This document shows, in pieces, positions 62,132-64,000 of a stretch of 64,000 nt of DNA (its first letter is position 1; each line of letters begins with the position of its first letter). The stretch is from Anaeramoeba ignava BMAN (lineage: Eukaryota; Protista; Anaeramoebae). A program made the translations under genes and the position numbers. The stretch covers positions 62,001-126,000 of the forward strand of contig JAPDFW010000104.1 of assembly GCA_028826165.1 (NCBI GenBank), given 5' to 3'. Below the pieces are notes generated by a model. It made no database searches. It saw nothing but the letters and a program-made list of their open reading frames with translations, and had not been told where the DNA came from.

Positions 62132-64000
62132 ATGAATTCAATTTTTCTCGCAATAAAAAATAACGAAATTTCATTTGTTAAACATTTTTTACAAGAAAAA
62201 GAAATTATAAATTCAATAAATGTAAAAGAAAATAAAAGAAAATAAAAGAAAGAATTTAAATTAAATTAAATTGTTTTTGTTTAAAAGAATGTAAAAAAAT
62301 TGATTTAGAAATTGATTTAGAAATTGATTTAGAAATTAATTTAAAAATTGATTTATAAATTAAAATTGATTTAAAAATAATTTAAAATTTATTTAAAATT
62401 AATTTAAAAATTTATTTAAAAAAAATTTATTTAAAAATTTATTTAAAAATTTATTTAGAAATTAAAAATTAATTAAATAAATTTAAAAATAAATTTAAAA
62501 ATAAATTTTTAAAAAAATTTAAAAAATTTAAAAATTTATTTAAAAATTAATTTAAAAATTTATTTAAAAATGATTTAAAAAATTTAAAAATTCTATTTAA
62601 AAAATTTATAAATAAATTTAAAAATTTATTTAAAAAATTTAAAATTTAAAAAAAAAAATTTATTTAGAAAAATAAAATTTATTTAAAAATAAAAATTTAT
62701 TTAAAAATTGATTTAAAAATTGATTTAAAATTTATTTAAAAATTTATTTAAAATTTATTTAAAAATTGATTTAAAAATTTATTTAAAAATTTATTTAAAA
62801 AATTTATTTAGAAATTGATTTAAATAAATTATAAAAAATTTATTTAAAATTGATTTTAAAAATTATTTAAATAAATTTAGAAATTGATTTAAAAATTTAA
62901 AAATTGATTTAGAAATAGATTTAAAAATTGATTTAAAAATTGATTTAAAATTTATTTAAAAATTGATTTAAAAATTTATTTAGAAATTTAATTTAAAATT
63001 GATTTAAACTTTGATCATATTTAAAATTTAATTTAAAAATTGATTTAAAAATGATGGAAAATTGATTTAAAAATTTAATTTAAAAATTCATTTTTCATTA
63101 AAAATTTTTCATTTTTTCATTTTTCATTTTTAATTTTTAATTTAAAAATTGATTTAAAAATTTATTTAAAAATTTATTTAAAATTTATTTAAAAATTGAT
63201 TTAACGAAATTAGAATTTTATTTAAACATTTTTAAACAATTTAAAAAGAAATTTAAAAATTCAATTTAAAAAAATTTAAAAAGATTTAAAAATTGATTTA
63301 AAAGAATTTAAAAGAAAAGAATTTAAAATTAAATTAAAAAAATTGTTTAAAAATTAATTTAAAAATTGATTTAGAAATTTATTTAAAAATTGATTTAAAA
63401 ATTGATTTAGAAATTGATTTAAAAATTGATTTAAAAATTGATTTAAAAATTTATTTAAAAATTTATTTAAAAATTGATTTAAAAATTGATTTAAAAATTG
63501 ATTTAAAAATTGATTTAAAAATTGATTTAAAATTGATTTAAAAATTGATTTAAAAATAAATTTAAAAGGAAGTAAAAAAGAAATTGTTTTGAAAATTGTT
63601 TTTAAAAATTTAAATTTTATAATATTTTTAAATTTAAGTCTGAAACACCTTTACATGTTGCTTGTTATAATAATTCTTCAATAGAAATAATAAAATTATT
63701 ATTAGAATCAGGAGCAAATATTAATTCAAAAACAGTAAAAATATTTTTAGTTTTATATAAAAAAGGAATTTAATTCAAAAATTATTTATTTTTATTAAAA
63801 AAAATAGAAAGTAAAAAAAAGGAAAACAATATTTATATATTTATATATTTTATATTTAAATTTAAATTTAAATTTTTAGGAAGTTAAACAAACTCTATTC
63901 ATTTTGATTTTTATTTATTTATTTATTTATTAATTATAATAATTTATTTAGAATGAAACACCATTTCATTATGCAGCAAAGAAATCAAATTCTGAAATTC
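62132..64000 (+). CDS. Ankyrin-repeat protein (5' part) with tandem 3-nt microexons; continues beyond the window
   Basis: Exons 62132-62221, 62288-62290, 63569-63571, 63639-63734, 63808-63810, 63880-63882 and 63952->64000 give MNSIFLAIKNNEISFVKHFLQEKEIINSIN-N-E-SETPLHVACYNNSSIEIIKLLLESGANINSKT-K-E-NETPFHYAAKKSNSEI. Confidence 0.85.
62288..62290 (+). other. 3-nt microexon AAT (Asn)
   Basis: ttaaaAG-AAT-GTaaaa; the upstream intron 62222-62287 is 66 nt. Confidence 0.75.
63569..63571 (+). other. 3-nt microexon GAA (Glu)
   Basis: tttaaaAG-GAA-GTaaaa; the downstream intron 63572-63638 is 67 nt. Confidence 0.75.
63808..63810 (+). other. 3-nt microexon AAA (Lys)
   Basis: aaatAG-AAA-GTaaaa; flanking introns 63735-63807 (73 nt) and 63811-63879 (69 nt). 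Confidence 0.8.
63880..63882 (+). other. 3-nt microexon GAA (Glu)
   Basis: tttttAG-GAA-GTtaaa; flanking introns are 69 nt each (63811-63879, 63883-63951). Confidence 0.8.

Noticed and set aside
62291-63568. Array of alternative (mutually exclusive) microexons within the long intron
   Set aside because: No additional AG-NNN-GT island is visible in the assembled intron; only the two flanking microexons are supported.
1-64000. Mobile elements, inteins, rRNA or prokaryotic contamination
   Set aside because: No transposase, reverse transcriptase, Hint motifs, terminal repeats or rRNA-like sequence were recognised; spliceosomal introns occur throughout.

Overview
Very AT-rich, gene-dense eukaryotic DNA using the standard genetic code, with GT-AG introns mostly 54-73 nt. 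The style (RCC1-BTB, ankyrin-BTB and BTB-TLDc genes, NQ/EN runs) suggests an anaerobic protist such as Anaeramoeba; this is inference. About 21 protein genes can be reconstructed by hand: a BEACH/LvsA-type N-terminus, UTP6, a giant TPR protein with a CHAT/separase-like tail, DCTN5, surface and mucin-like membrane genes, FANCD2, an EF-hand/WD40 protein, BTB-BACK-TLDc, an F-box/multi-TM fusion, two RCC1-BTB paralogs, an AzgA-type purine permease, DCTN1, a metallophosphoesterase, a flavin reductase, ankyrin-BTB, ankyrin-SAM, a 4-TM protein and a truncated ankyrin gene. There is also one tRNA-Glu(CTC), three unrelated AT satellites with 145-160 bp units, and several microsatellite-inflated introns. 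Many single-base frameshifts in homopolymers look like long-read consensus errors. Main observation: in the ankyrin gene at 62132-64000, each visible repeat junction is built from two consecutive single-codon (3-nt) microexons (AAT, GAA; AAA, GAA) flanked by phase-0 GT-AG introns. These codons supply the two variable beta-hairpin residues that shape ankyrin binding specificity, making it a candidate splicing-based receptor diversification system.
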